Assembly: GCA_946965045.2 (NCBI GenBank)
Contig: OX337233.1
Coordinates: forward strand, 1,240,001 to 1,304,000
Reading direction: 5' to 3'
Length of the DNA: 64,000 bases
From: Epithemia pelagica
Taxonomy: Eukaryota > Protista > Bacillariophyta
Shown: in pieces, positions 24,101-35,396 of the stretch
How the letters are laid out: every line of letters starts with the position of its first letter
Position numbering within the stretch: the stretch's first letter is position 1
The notes under the pieces: model-generated
The model's input: only the letters and a program-made list of their open reading frames with translations
Told to the model about the DNA's origin: nothing
The model's database searches: none
Program-made: the position numbers and the translations under genes

Positions 24101-26771
24101 CAAAGTCTCCATGACACCACGTGTACGAATGTTATCCTGGAGGGTATTGACGAATTGCTTGGTAGACTTGATACCATAAATGTCAGTAACCAAAGTATCA
24201 CGACCAACAAAAATCTGAGCAATCTTGCCACCATGGTTAACAGCCGGGGTGTCGGAGAAGATGGAGTCAGTGGCAACGGGTTCATGCCGTCGTGGGAGGT
24301 TAAGGATAGGATTCCGGGCCTTAAAGTGTTTCTTCAAGGTATCCTGGTCAAAGGAAATGTGTCCATGACGAGTTGTATGCTTGAACGTATCGGCGATTAC
24401 GTCTTCCGATTGCCACCCAAAGAAAGGGCGAAATTTCTTCCAGTCGTATTGTTCCTTGTAGAGTTTGTGGACAGACGCATGAAGTGTGGGGTCGTTGCCA
24501 TCTTGATCAGCATAGATGGAAAAGAAGGAAGGTGTATCGGGGCCATGATCATATGGGAGATCAAGGAGGAGATTCAAAGTGCATACAACGCGATCGGTAT
24601 ACTCCCCATATTGGTCATAGGGGTACGTTTCCATACTACCATCAGTCTCCACAGATGTCCAGTTCGGTGCAGGGTCTTGATGGGGGTCTGGATGGGTATG
24701 GTCAAGTACAGAAGGATCCCAGATATGGGGTGAAGTGAACACAATATGCGGATATTTATCCATATCGTCATCAGAAGGGATTCCCAGAGATTGAATGTAT
24801 GCAAGGCCATCCTTGATTCGTAAGGGCAATGCGCGTCCATCAAGGGTAGTAATGCGTTGTTTACCATCAACCTTGACGGATCGTTCGTCGACAGATAGGC
24901 CGAAATGTTCAAATTGCGCTGGGGCATGGATAGATAAACCCTTTCCATAGTGGGCATACTCATTGAAGATACCAATAATGGGTCCATCACTTGTATCAAA
25001 CTTGGCAGCACAGGTAACAACTGGAAGGCCAGTCAATTCATGATTGTCAATACCTACGATGGTAATATGACGTCCGGTTTTGGCAAGGATACGCATGTCA
25101 GATCCTGCAAGGCCTCCATTGGCACCTCGATCGATGAGTTGATTACCAGAAAAGGTGGATTTGCGGGAGAATAGATATCGTGACATATGAACCTTTTGCT
25201 TGTGATCAGCAGAAGACTTGAACTTGACTTTAGGACTTGATTTTGTCGTAGAAGTTGACAAGATGTTGCTGAGGTCAGATGCTGGATGATTGATATCTGT
25301 CGATGCAATAGCCTGGTGTACGAACTGGGTAACCGGATCAGAGGATGTATCGAATGGATCTTGTTCTGGTGCATCTTGATGGGTATCACCAATGTTGTTG
25401 GCATCAGGATCAGGGTCTGGTTCAGGATCAATGTCAAGAGAATGAGTTTGGACCTTGCGTGGAGTTGTCGGGGAATCTTGGACGGATTTATTGAAGTTGA
25501 CAATGATTGGCCGATCCTCTTCAGAGAGTTTAAACCATACATCTCTTGGAAGGCTGATTTTCGACGAAGTTGGGGACTTTTCGGATTGGATATTCGTGTT
25601 GTTGATCTGGTAGTCAGGGGACTCCACTGGTTCAAAAGGTTCATCCAACTGAAATTCATGTTGCTTTACATGACGACGGCGGTTAGACGCAGAAGTTCGG
25701 GTAGCTTGGTCATGGTCAAAAGCAGCATCAAGAAGCAGGCGGAAATATGATTGATAACAGAGAGACTTGGCTCCAGATTTTGTGTTGACAACGTTATCCA
25801 AGATCTTGACTCGTCTTAAATCAGGTACCTTTTCAACAGCTTGCATAAGGAAGGTCATCCTTGTATGGTCATGGATACGATCCGACAGTGGTACAAGGTT
25901 ATCCAGAAGTCGTAGCTGTTCTTGAAAATGTAGGAGAAACTGACGAGTTGTACCACGCCAAGAGTCATCCAGTCGAAGATTCGAAATGTAGCTTGTTAGG
26001 CGTAACACTTCTCGCTTAGCTAGATCAGATTCAGTGTGTAGAACATGGAGTTTCTTCAAGACGGCTCTTGCATCTTCATCATGTTCATGTTCTCGAACAT
26101 ATGCTCTTCCTTGGTCGGTTTGGATAATACGTACAAGTACAGAGTAGACAAAGACTTGTTGTTCTCGGAAAAGTAACTCTGCGCATTCGTCATCCTTGGG
26201 TACCTTGTAATCGAAATCAAGAACATTCGACAATCCCTGTGCTTTCGCAGTTGATTTGAATACACGCCAAAACGAATCAAAATATCGTTCGTCTTTGAAT
26301 GATTCAAATGCTGTTGCATCTCTTTTGGTTCCTTTCTTGAAAGCAGAGAGATCTAACATGGATTGAGATGTTGTAGAGGATGTAGTGGGAGATCGGGATG
26401 ATACGGAGTGTGCAGGTGATTTCAGAGGAGAAACTGGGTCTTGGTTCATACCAGACTTGGTAAAGTCGGTGTTGATCCTCCAATCGTCATATTGGTCCCT
26501 CGTGAGGTTCATCCATGTAGCACGGGGTAGTTTTCCATGTTGGAGTTGCCGTTGTTGTAGTAACCAATATGCCATTAGTTTGAGTTGTAATCTTGTACTT
26601 GTCTGTAGGTCGTTGACTTGTTTTCCAACCTTGTATTGCATGAGATCCTTGAGTGTCTCCTCGGGATCAGTTGCAACATGGTCGAGGACATGAAGGATAT
26701 GTTCAAAACCATGATGTCGCATCCACTTTTGAAGTGATTGGGCTCGTTCATCATTACAACCAAAGATGCCT
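21182..26771 (-). CDS. Copia gag-pol polyprotein (open, N-terminus replaced by repeat-derived codons)
   Basis: PR LIDRGANGGLAG; INT VATDSIFSDTPA, LISDG, SEPYHQHQKKAE; RT HKARLVADG, ADIGNAYL, KALYGLKSSG, YVDDL; RH YVDANL, EFVAAR, FGDNRSV, NPADILSK. Confidence 0.93.
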
Positions 26772-28034
26772 TCAGTGTAAAAAGATGCAACAATAACCAT
26801 CGGTAATCGGTATAAGGTATTATGAGCACCTCTGGGTTTGATATGATACCGATTGAGATGCTGGGCAAGCATCAAAATGCAAAAGAGCCAAAGGGCATCG
26901 GTCAATTGACCAAATTTTTAGAGGTGGCTCCAGCAACAGCTCATCTCTGCTGGAGCTAGGTAAGCGCTGGAGACGTCTCTGCTGGAGCTAGGTAAGCGCG
27001 TCCGCTGGAGAAAAGACTACCTGTGCTACCATGATGAAAATACTTAGCTACTCCTAGAAGCTAGTGAATCTATCTTGTGGTGAGAACACATGTTCCCAAT
27101 TTTCACGTAAAAAAGGTAAATCTGTAACGGTGGAAGGGTCCAGTGATGCTTGTTTCGCAGATGTGATCAGTCCTGCAATACTGAACGACCTTTCGGAAGA
27201 GGCAGCAGTCGCAGGCAATGCAAGATATTTTCTTGCTAGGCACCAAATGTTGGGATCTTGACTTACTTTCATCTTCCACATGATGCTCTTCCACCTTTGA
27301 TGAGTCATCATTATCATTGCAATCAGACATTGTGGAAAGCAGTGTGGAGCAAATGAATGGCATAGGGTCAGTCATGACCAGTGCGGAGCAAATGAATGAC
27401 ATGCAACAGTCAGAGACCAATGTAGCGCTTACCTGCTTACCTTTCCAGCAACAGAAAATCTCTGCTGGAGTTTCTCCAGCGCTGGATCTCCAGCGCTGGA
27501 GCTTCGCGTCCGCTTACCGCTGGAGCCACCTCTACAAATTTTGTCCGATGCCCGATAAAATAGATATCCTTATGCCTTATGCCCATTACCTCGGTTTTGT
27601 TGGCCAAGTCGCGGTAAAGTCGCGCCTTCTGATGGCCATTTGGCCGACAATTTTGCGATGACTAGTGTCTAGTCTACCTCCGGGTACCCTACGTAGAAAG
27701 CCTAGGAGTACCAGAAATTCAAATCTGGAACATAAATTTTTCTTTAAAAAGTTTGGCCGATTCGACCACTGAACATATCAAAAAATTCCTCATATTCGAT
27801 TTCCTGTAGAGAATTTTTACCCCAAGCCTTGAAAACCACTTTGAAAATTGAGTGATTTTCCGTTGCGTAGGAAAATGTACTGGGGTATACTTGTCCTCAC
27901 CATGAGGACAGCGGTAGACTAGACACTAGAAACTAGAAATAGTCGACGTCGGTAGCTCCGTTGTAATTGACAATGATCCGCGTCTTGAAAATTATGTTGG
28001 CCGACTGGCCATCAGAATTTCTGGTAGGCTAGCT
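26772..28034. repeat. Composite repeat, copy A (1263 bp)
   Basis: Near-identical to 44684-45945 (about 5 substitutions and 1 indel by eye). Contains a hAT MITE and an IR-bounded module. Confidence 0.9.
26919..27534 (-). mobile_element. Non-autonomous hAT element (616 bp) carrying a hAT dimerization-domain remnant
   Basis: TIR TAGAGGTGGCTCCAGC / GCTGGAGCCACCTCTA; 8-bp TSD CAAATTTT at 26911-26918 and 27535-27542; subterminal GCTGGAG repeats; minus-strand LARKYLALPATAASSERSFSIAG. Confidence 0.92.
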
Positions 28035-28465
28035 CCCCCCGACTTTGGGGGGGCCCAGGCAGGCGAAGGGGGAAAGGGAAGGGGGGAAAGGAAGGACTTG
28101 CCATAGGATGAGGGATTCCACTTCCTAACGGGAAACCGATATAACCGTCGCCAATTTTTAGTCTTGGTATATCTTGAGTACACTAATTTCTATAGTGATC
28201 ATTTTTGTGGAGGGAGTTAAATGAGGAATGACAAATCCCCCGCGTCTGGGGGACTGGGCATAATTCGAACTTTCTAACTACCCAATCAAATCTTGCCATA
28301 AAAAAATGAGCGACAGAAACAGACAGATCCTCAGTACCAAGCTTTCTACACAGGAATCACGTATGTACCTGGCTACGTGAAATTTGTACCGGAAAATCGC
28401 TTGATTCTCAGTATAACACAAACAGTAGTACGAAAGACCGTGGACATCTCACCATCCACATTTCA

Positions 28466-28941
28466 GGCCGTTCCTTGATATTCTGCAAAAACAAAAATCG
28501 ACACATGACATCACCTTTTTGTAGACAATTGCGCGACACGCCCTCCTTTGGCATTTACAAAACCAAAACCTATAACCGCACTTTTTCCCCCAAGGCCCCC
28601 AATAGTCCCCATATTCACTTTGATTATTTAAGGACTAAAATTATCAAAGTTGGACATTGGGAGCTTCCTCTTCATTGAGGTTAGGGGGACCGTTGGAGTC
28701 GAACGCGCGCCGTTCAAATCCTTAACCGTCATTTTTGTTTCTGTAGGGCCCAATGTACACTAGCAAGAAGAAAGCACTATCCCTAATGTCTGTTCAGCTT
28801 TTGCCGGCCTGCAAAAGTTGGACCCAACTTTTGCAGCTGAAACAGAAACAGCGTCGAACCCGGATTTGACGCCATATTTCCGGGTTTCTCGTGACGTGTC
28901 ACGCTCCAACTTTTGTTTTTGCAGAATATCAAGGAACGGCC
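28466..28941. mobile_element. PIF/Harbinger (Tourist)-like MITE, 476 bp
   Basis: Perfect 31-bp TIR GGCCGTTCCTTGATATTCTGCAAAAACAAAA; 3-bp TSD TCA on both sides; internal 13-bp stem at 28809-28836. Confidence 0.8.
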
Positions 28942-29250
28942 TCATTCCTCATAATTTGGTATCAAAAACCAGTGATTACACCGAAGACACAACACCATCA
29001 TCACTCCATCCGTTCCCACCACCATAGCGTTCCCATCACCATAGCGTTGCCATTGCGTTGTCATACCGTTGTCACCACCACCAACAACAACAAGCCGAAA
29101 GCCACAGCGGCACAAAAAGTAAGTGTTTCCCTCGCCGATGGATGTGATGACAACAGTAACTAACCTTTGCTTTCTTCCATGTTTACAGGAAAAGTGGAGT
29201 GCAGTAAGGTTGCGACCGATTGATTTGTCTGCTAACTTACGATCCAAACC

Positions 29251-29841
29251 ATGAATAATCCGGCGTCCCCAAGTAGTAGCGACTCTTCTTGTGGAGGGAG
29301 ATCGGTCAATGAAAAGAAAGCATGGCCACCGCAAGACGGCGACACAAAGCCCTTTGTCGTTGATGATTTTAATGTTCCCATTGATGTGGACTTGACCCAA
29401 ATTGAGTTTCTCTCCTTGGATGATCCTGCATTCTTTTTCATCTATGCATCAGACATTGAAATCCACACCGCATTAGGTGTTCCAGGAGCTCCGGTGGGTC
29501 AAGGAGCAACGCCGGCATTGTCCGCAGCTGCGTTCAAGGCGTTCGTTGTGGCGGAGTTTGGAGCCGTCGTCAACATGAATGTTTGCGGTGTTGCTCGATT
29601 GCCTCCTGCGGCTGGAAATTCAGACTCAGCCTTCCAACGACTTTCCAATGCAGAGGCAACAACTCTTACGAACCGCAGTATATTCTATCACTTGCAATGG
29701 GTCGCCTCTGTGGATAACACTGTAGGAGCAAGCACAGGGATTGTCTATGAAATGACGCCGAGCCCCGGGGGAGCGGCTGGAGGCGGTCGGAGCCCACAGG
29801 CACAACAGACCCGCCGACTCATCTACTTTGTTCCTCCATAA
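29251..29841 (+). CDS. Hypothetical protein (196 aa); true 5' end may be spliced
   Basis: Open frame with protein-like composition; an upstream GTAAGT...CTAAC...CAG intron at 29119-29188 suggests transcription. No family recognised. Confidence 0.45.
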   Translation: MNNPASPSSSDSSCGGRSVNEKKAWPPQDGDTKPFVVDDFNVPIDVDLTQIEFLSLDDPAFFFIYASDIEIHTALGVPGAPVGQGATPALSAAAFKAFVVAEFGAVVNMNVCGVARLPPAAGNSDSAFQRLSNAEATTLTNRSIFYHLQWVASVDNTVGASTGIVYEMTPSPGGAAGGGRSPQAQQTRRLIYFVPP

Positions 29842-30533
29842 GGCAACATGGAAATGCCTCTCTGAACATGCTAGCCATTTTGATTGCAAACCTCTATCAC
29901 GATATGGGTACGGGCAAGGCAGTTTCAGGCTGTTGACGAGATTCATAACTACAATGTAAATAAATATTCTATCGTTTTGTTTCGGAAGAGGTTGGTTGGG
30001 AGGACGGCGGAGCCGCTTTCGTGAAGTTTCTGAGGGCAGAGGAGAAAAGTTCCCTTATGTTGCAACCGTCGTTTCGCATCACCATCAATATTGATTGGAA
30101 TTTGCTTCGTCGTGAATCCATTGTACGAGTTGCTGTGCAGCGGCAATGGATGCGTTTGTGGAATCCGTCGGATTCGTACCAGGTGTGGTATCATCCACAG
30201 TTGTGGAATCGTCGGGTGGTACTGGTGAAGAGGAGTAAGTGAAGTCGTTTGGTGTCTCTTGATTTTCTAGCTCTTCATCCGTCTATGATGGAAGAGAGAA
30301 AGAGTTGTTACGTCCTGTGAAGGTGGATCTGCCGTCATTCTACTCATTTCGTGGGTCGTCTGTGCAGTCTCGTCCGTGATTTTGTCTTTTTCCTTGTCGT
30401 CGATCGTTTACGGGAAGAACGCGATTTGTTGACCAAGGCGTTTTCCATCATGGGAGTTAGTCAAAAAGTTGACGAAGACAAACGATTGCTCAGTCGGGTT
30501 GAGCGGCTCGAAGATGGTAAAAAGGTCGGCCAT

Positions 30534-30641
30534 GCATCAACTGTCATCAGCACGGCTGACAAGTGCAACGTTATACCAAGAGATGTTGCATCAACTGTCA
30601 TCACCACGGCTGAAAAGTGCAACGGTATACCAAGAGATATT
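30534..30641. repeat. 54-bp tandem duplication (2 copies)
   Basis: GCATCAACTGTCATCA(G/C)CACGGCTGA... repeated at 30534 and 30588 with a few mismatches. Confidence 0.85.
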
Positions 30642-30707
30642 GGTGGCAACCCCATCAAATTTAGATGGTTCTCGTTTTAGTATGCCTACCCAGTAGTCTT
30701 GATGCAC

Positions 30708-32027
30708 TTAGGCACCTGTTTGATCCTCGTCTAGGCAAGTCAACACATTTGCGTCTTGTTGTTGGCGAAATGATTGCGAGTGCATCCTCAATACAGGTTT
30801 CCCACCTAATACTCGAGCTTCCCGTTGAGCCTGTAAACGACGTGCCTGACACGAAACCGAGTCTTTCTTCTCACTGCCTCTTGTTTCTGTGCAGTTGTCA
30901 TCCAAATAAAACACACCCAGTACGGCATCCTGTTTTTCTGGATAGGGCAAAGCCATGACAATTTCATTCCAAAAGCCTTCGACCGTATACGACGATGAGG
31001 TCGTTGACGCCTCTGACTCGCCCTTATTTTTGTTGGTAGTGGTGGAATTGCGGGTAAGGTCATGTCCTCGAAGGAATTGCAACTGGATATCAATCATTTC
31101 TTGCCATTGTTCGGGTGGATATCCAAAGCTACCCGCATAAATCCAAAAACTCCCATGCCTTTTCGCGAGATCTTGGTCCGATACCTTGCATACGGGGTGT
31201 CCCACAATGGCGGCATGTTGTTCTTGATAAATCGAATACAAGGGCTGGATCTCAAACACTGAGGACTCTTGGTTATATTTGGTTCTTGTTTCATTGTGAG
31301 ACGTGGCGTTGATCGTCCGTGGCCTCCACGTAAAGGCTTGAATGAGCTCCGCATGTTGAATGGCAAAATAGTCACCACAGTCAATCTTGGTCCATGGATT
31401 TGTGTGGACGCCAAAGTTGAGGTTCTTGAACTGCCGAATTTGTTGGTGTAGTATTTGCTTTTCATGTTCGTTCTGGTAGCTTGGAAAGTGTGGATCCAAG
31501 TCGAGGGGGCCACAGCCTTGGTCTTGACGTTCGGCCGAGACGGCATCGGAGGGATACAAACAATGAATTTGAATCAGGGGTGATGTCGGATCCAACAAGA
31601 GACCGACATGGGATTGCGTGGTCACCACTTGCGGCCCCGTCAAGGCATTGATCCATGAGGCCGACATGTGGGTCCGTGTCATGGGAATGGTACATTGCAA
31701 CGGAAAGCACATGCTCAACAAAATACCATGCGTACTCAAATAACGAGACAATTGGCGTTGAATACTGCTTTGGGATGCTGCCGTTGTCGCCGTTCGTCTC
31801 CAGGCCATGCGAGTGTGATTGTTCCATGTGGTCGTCCCTGTGGTGGTGGTAGTTGTGGCAGTGAATCTATGGGACGACTGGCTGCTGCTGCTGTTGTCGT
31901 CTTGTGGTGGTGGTTGTGGTCGAAGAATCCTCTTCTCGTCCACAGACGACGGCGAAAAGGGTTCCGTGTTTCGGTAATTTTCCGAAAGACGAATGGCGAG
32001 TTCCCTACAACCACTTGCCGCTGCCAT
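30708..32027 (-). CDS. Hypothetical protein (about 440 aa)
   Basis: Long ORF with a globular core (GLLLDP...CLYPSDA, WIYAGSFGYPPE, WNEIV). The start is uncertain (ATG 32117 or 32027). Confidence 0.65.
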   Translation of the reverse strand: MAAASGCRELAIRLSENYRNTEPFSPSSVDEKRILRPQPPPQDDNSSSSQSSHRFTATTTTTTGTTTWNNHTRMAWRRTATTAASQSSIQRQLSRYLSTHGILLSMCFPLQCTIPMTRTHMSASWINALTGPQVVTTQSHVGLLLDPTSPLIQIHCLYPSDAVSAERQDQGCGPLDLDPHFPSYQNEHEKQILHQQIRQFKNLNFGVHTNPWTKIDCGDYFAIQHAELIQAFTWRPRTINATSHNETRTKYNQESSVFEIQPLYSIYQEQHAAIVGHPVCKVSDQDLAKRHGSFWIYAGSFGYPPEQWQEMIDIQLQFLRGHDLTRNSTTTNKNKGESEASTTSSSYTVEGFWNEIVMALPYPEKQDAVLGVFYLDDNCTETRGSEKKDSVSCQARRLQAQREARVLGGKPVLRMHSQSFRQQQDANVLTCLDEDQTGA

Positions 32028-32304
32028 GGTGATGATGAAGCATTTTTTTGGATGGAGGTGGATGGGGTATGGGGTGCGACCCCGGTGGTCGCCCCGCAAA
32101 GTCAGTAGGGGCCCCATGAGCGACTCCAAAATCAAAGGAAATCTAATAAAATCGGAGGAAATACAGTCCGAATTAACTCCCAGGAGTACACGGTGTACTC
32201 ACAGGCTAAAAGGTAGAACTCAGGATTTCATGCAAAAGAGTAACCATGTCGGCCAAGCTTACTAGGAGTAGGACGCGCAGAAAAAGGAGTGGCAATCAGC
32301 AACC

Positions 32305-34908
32305 ATGGAAATGGAAACAACAGATGAGGAACGGCATTGGAAAGAAGCAGCTGCAGCATGGAAAGATGAATCTGTTACTGGCATACCCCTTGAGCAATTT
32401 GATCCAGAAAATGAAGATATGACTCCAGTATATGACGCATTAAAGGTTACCAGTGAAATTGCGCAACAGAGACTCGATGAATATATTATTCGTCTTCGAA
32501 AGGCACAAAGAGTCAGCGAAGAAAAGGAGGCACCAGTGAGTTTGAATTTCTGATTGTGTATCTGTATTCGATTTTGAGATTCTTGTCATTCTGCCTGTTT
32601 CATCAATTATCTGGGCAGGCTGGTATTGAGCAACACTGCCTCAGCAGCAACAACAAACAATTGAGTGAACAAATTGAAGCCCTCACATCATCTTTTTTTA
32701 ATATACCTGCATCTTTTTCATACTCTCTTGTCATGTCTCATTCGGGACTTGCTCAAAAATCGTGCTTCGTTCTTTCACCGATCCGACAATGGCATCGCTT
32801 GTCGTCAATTGAACATTGTTTTGTTGATTGCGATTGCAATCATTCTTAAATCAACAATGCGACGGTGGCGCTATTTGTCACAGGCAGACATGCAGTTTGT
32901 GTCGTCAAGAAATGATACCCATGCATCTACCGTTCGTTACCTTCATTACACGAGGAAAACACATGTGATTTCTCTTCACGCGAACTAGCGGATTTGGTCT
33001 GATCACCTGGGACGGACTGAGATTCGGACGGCGAGAAGTTCAGGATGTGTATGATTCCAGTGGAATTAAACGTATCTTGGCTCAGACTACTTGGAAAGAG
33101 ATTGTCGAGTCGCCCAATTTTGTTTCCCGCCTTCAAACGAAATTTGTTGCGAATGGAATTAAGGCGAATCAGATGGAATTCATGATGACAGACTTACAGA
33201 ATGCCGGGGAGATGGCACACCAGCAATTCTTCTACTCTTCGTTTAGTATGCTTTTTGCATCAGCGGCACTGAAGCCGGGCAAGAAGTTCCTTCCTCTTGG
33301 ATATCGTGCTGATGAGGAAGTGACCTCATCGATCCCATGTATGTGGAGGGATGACGAAGACCACGATTTCGAAAAAGGTCACATAACAATCAGCCAGATT
33401 CTGCCGCAGTTCTAAGGTCTCCATACGACGTTTTTGGCATGATGGAAATCAAACCATCCAGCAATTACCCAAGCTTAAATCTTAGAGACTACGACAAGTG
33501 CGTTCTAGCAACAGCTTCTACTGCTCTTGCGTTGCTCCCCCTGTTTGAGCCGGACGAGATCAAATCTCTTGCAATTCCCTTCGTTGTTGCACAGGGAGAA
33601 ATTTTGTCGCTTTATGTGACAAGACTGAAAGACAATGGTGTCCCTTTTGTCTCCTTGGTGAATCTACACGACGATGACCTCAAAAGTGATTATGTGAATT
33701 GCCAAGACTCACCATCGGATGAGCGTTTGCGCTGCTTTGTCGCTTTAGCTGTTTTATTGGACGAATTCCTTGGCATCATGGAAGATCGGAATGTCAAAAA
33801 ATACATACAGAAGGAAGTCCGTATTTCGGGGCGTAACATTTTCGAGACAACAGGGGGGAGCAATGCAAAATCGACAAAAAGGAGCATAGATTCAAAAGAA
33901 ACAGCGACAAGCAGTGAAAAACAGAGTACCGACAAAAAGATGGAAACGGAAGCTCGCGAGGCTGCAAGTTGCCAGGGGAGGTTTCAAAACGTAGTTTACC
34001 CGTTCACAAGGTTCTTGAGTTTTGGCGATGACTTCGTGGTTGATTATCAGAGTAAATCACCTTTTTACTTCAAAGGGGAATATGATCGTGAGCAGATTGG
34101 CAAGTCGAAGGGTGTTTTCCTGAAAGTCTGGAAAGTTGACGACCTCTTCTCTCCTGAGTCGGTCGAGAAAGAATGGATGCTGCAATGGAGGGCGCAGAGT
34201 TACAATATTCCAGTTGCCTCGCCACTCTCCAAGGAACTGATCAAATCAAAACCTCAACAAGTTGGGCATGAGTATCTCGTCGCTGCAATGGAGTTTGTTG
34301 ATTTTGATGAAATTGATACTATTGACGATGTCATTTTCTTTTCGATAGCGCTTCTCTCTACTGTGGAAAGACTTCATTCCAAAGCGGCCGTATTGCACTG
34401 TGATTTGAAGCCCAACAATGTGCGTTGGAGCAAAGGAGTTGTGAAGCTAATTGATTTTGGCCGTGCCCAATTGCTTGCCGAAGCAAAGAATGTTCCAGGG
34501 ACTAGGGGATACGAAGCCCCAGAGGTCGAACGGGGAGAGGTACCAGCCATTGCTTCTGATGCGTATTCTGCGGGTAAGACGATTGGTTACTTTTTCGAGC
34601 AAGTACTCGAACGTGGGCATACTCTAGACTCCAAGTCTCTCGCGATCGAAACGACAGTAGATGGTTTGACAAGGGCTGATTCCATCTGTCGCATGTCAGT
34701 TTCGGATGCACATAAAATCTTGTCAAATCTGGTGGGTGCAGATGCCGATGATGTTACTACAAATACCGAGTCTTTGACGAAGAACCATTTGATTTACGAA
34801 GATAAGATTGTGTCTCCAATTTCCTCGGAAGCTCCGGTACCGCAATCCAGTCTCAGCCAACGACGTGCAGTTGCCCCAACCAAGAGAAGATTAGACGAAA
34901 TATCATAG
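32305..34908 (+). pseudogene. Second Crinkler-like header + nuclease-like + kinase gene, disrupted
   Basis: Exon 1 32305-32535 (77 codons) then GTGAGT. NQPDSA...YDVFGMMEIKP lies in the kinase frame while the preceding coding stretch (33047-33415) is in another frame. Kinase motifs FLKVWK, HCDLKPNNV, IDFG, GTRGYEAPE. Stops occur at 32.8-33.0 kb. Confidence 0.65.
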
Positions 34909-35396
34909 GAAAGAGAGGAGGCTAACAGTGTAAAGAAACTTATCTAAAGTTATTAGGGCTATTTCAATTTGCTTGATAAAGCATAAATGAGAGGAGGCTT
35001 ACCTCAAAGATTTTTCTTGTTGAGAGTCATTTAGCAAGCCCCCTCTGTGTGTTGTCTCGTGACAGTGACATTACCCGTCTCGGAAGACAAAAAAGTCTAT
35101 GATCCATGGTGTGCAACTCTGGTCTTCTTGCGTCGAACAACTCATTGCAATGAAAAGGTCTGCAGGGCCATGGTTCCAAAAATTATATTGGGCGTTCGGC
35201 GGTCTCCGCAAAACTGGATCGCTTCGCATGGAGAGTGTAGGCTGTCTGACTTGGTCCGAGGAAACTGCTGTTCCTAGTACTATCTTGGAATTGGTGTCGT
35301 TCACGGAGCAAGCAGTATGCGTTGCAACACCTTCCTGGACGGCAACGAACCATGCATTCTTCGTGCCATGTCACACGTGTCCACCAGAACAGCCTC

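Larger units (their letters stand above)
20591..26771 (-). mobile_element. Ty1/Copia LTR retrotransposon (CoDi-type), lacking the 5' LTR, PBS and gag start
   Basis: Uninterrupted polyprotein in Copia order gag-PR-INT-RT-RH, with PPT and 3' LTR. No second LTR copy was found in the window. Confidence 0.93.

Noticed and set aside
27990-28034. Helitron 3' end (TGGCC hairpin + CTAG)
   Set aside because: The hairpin is only 5 bp and belongs to a larger inverted repeat; CTAG is followed by C, not T; no 5' TC end was found.
33360-33385. Programmed -1 frameshift in the second kinase gene
   Set aside because: No X XXY YYZ heptamer in the zero frame, and other stops upstream favour decay or error.
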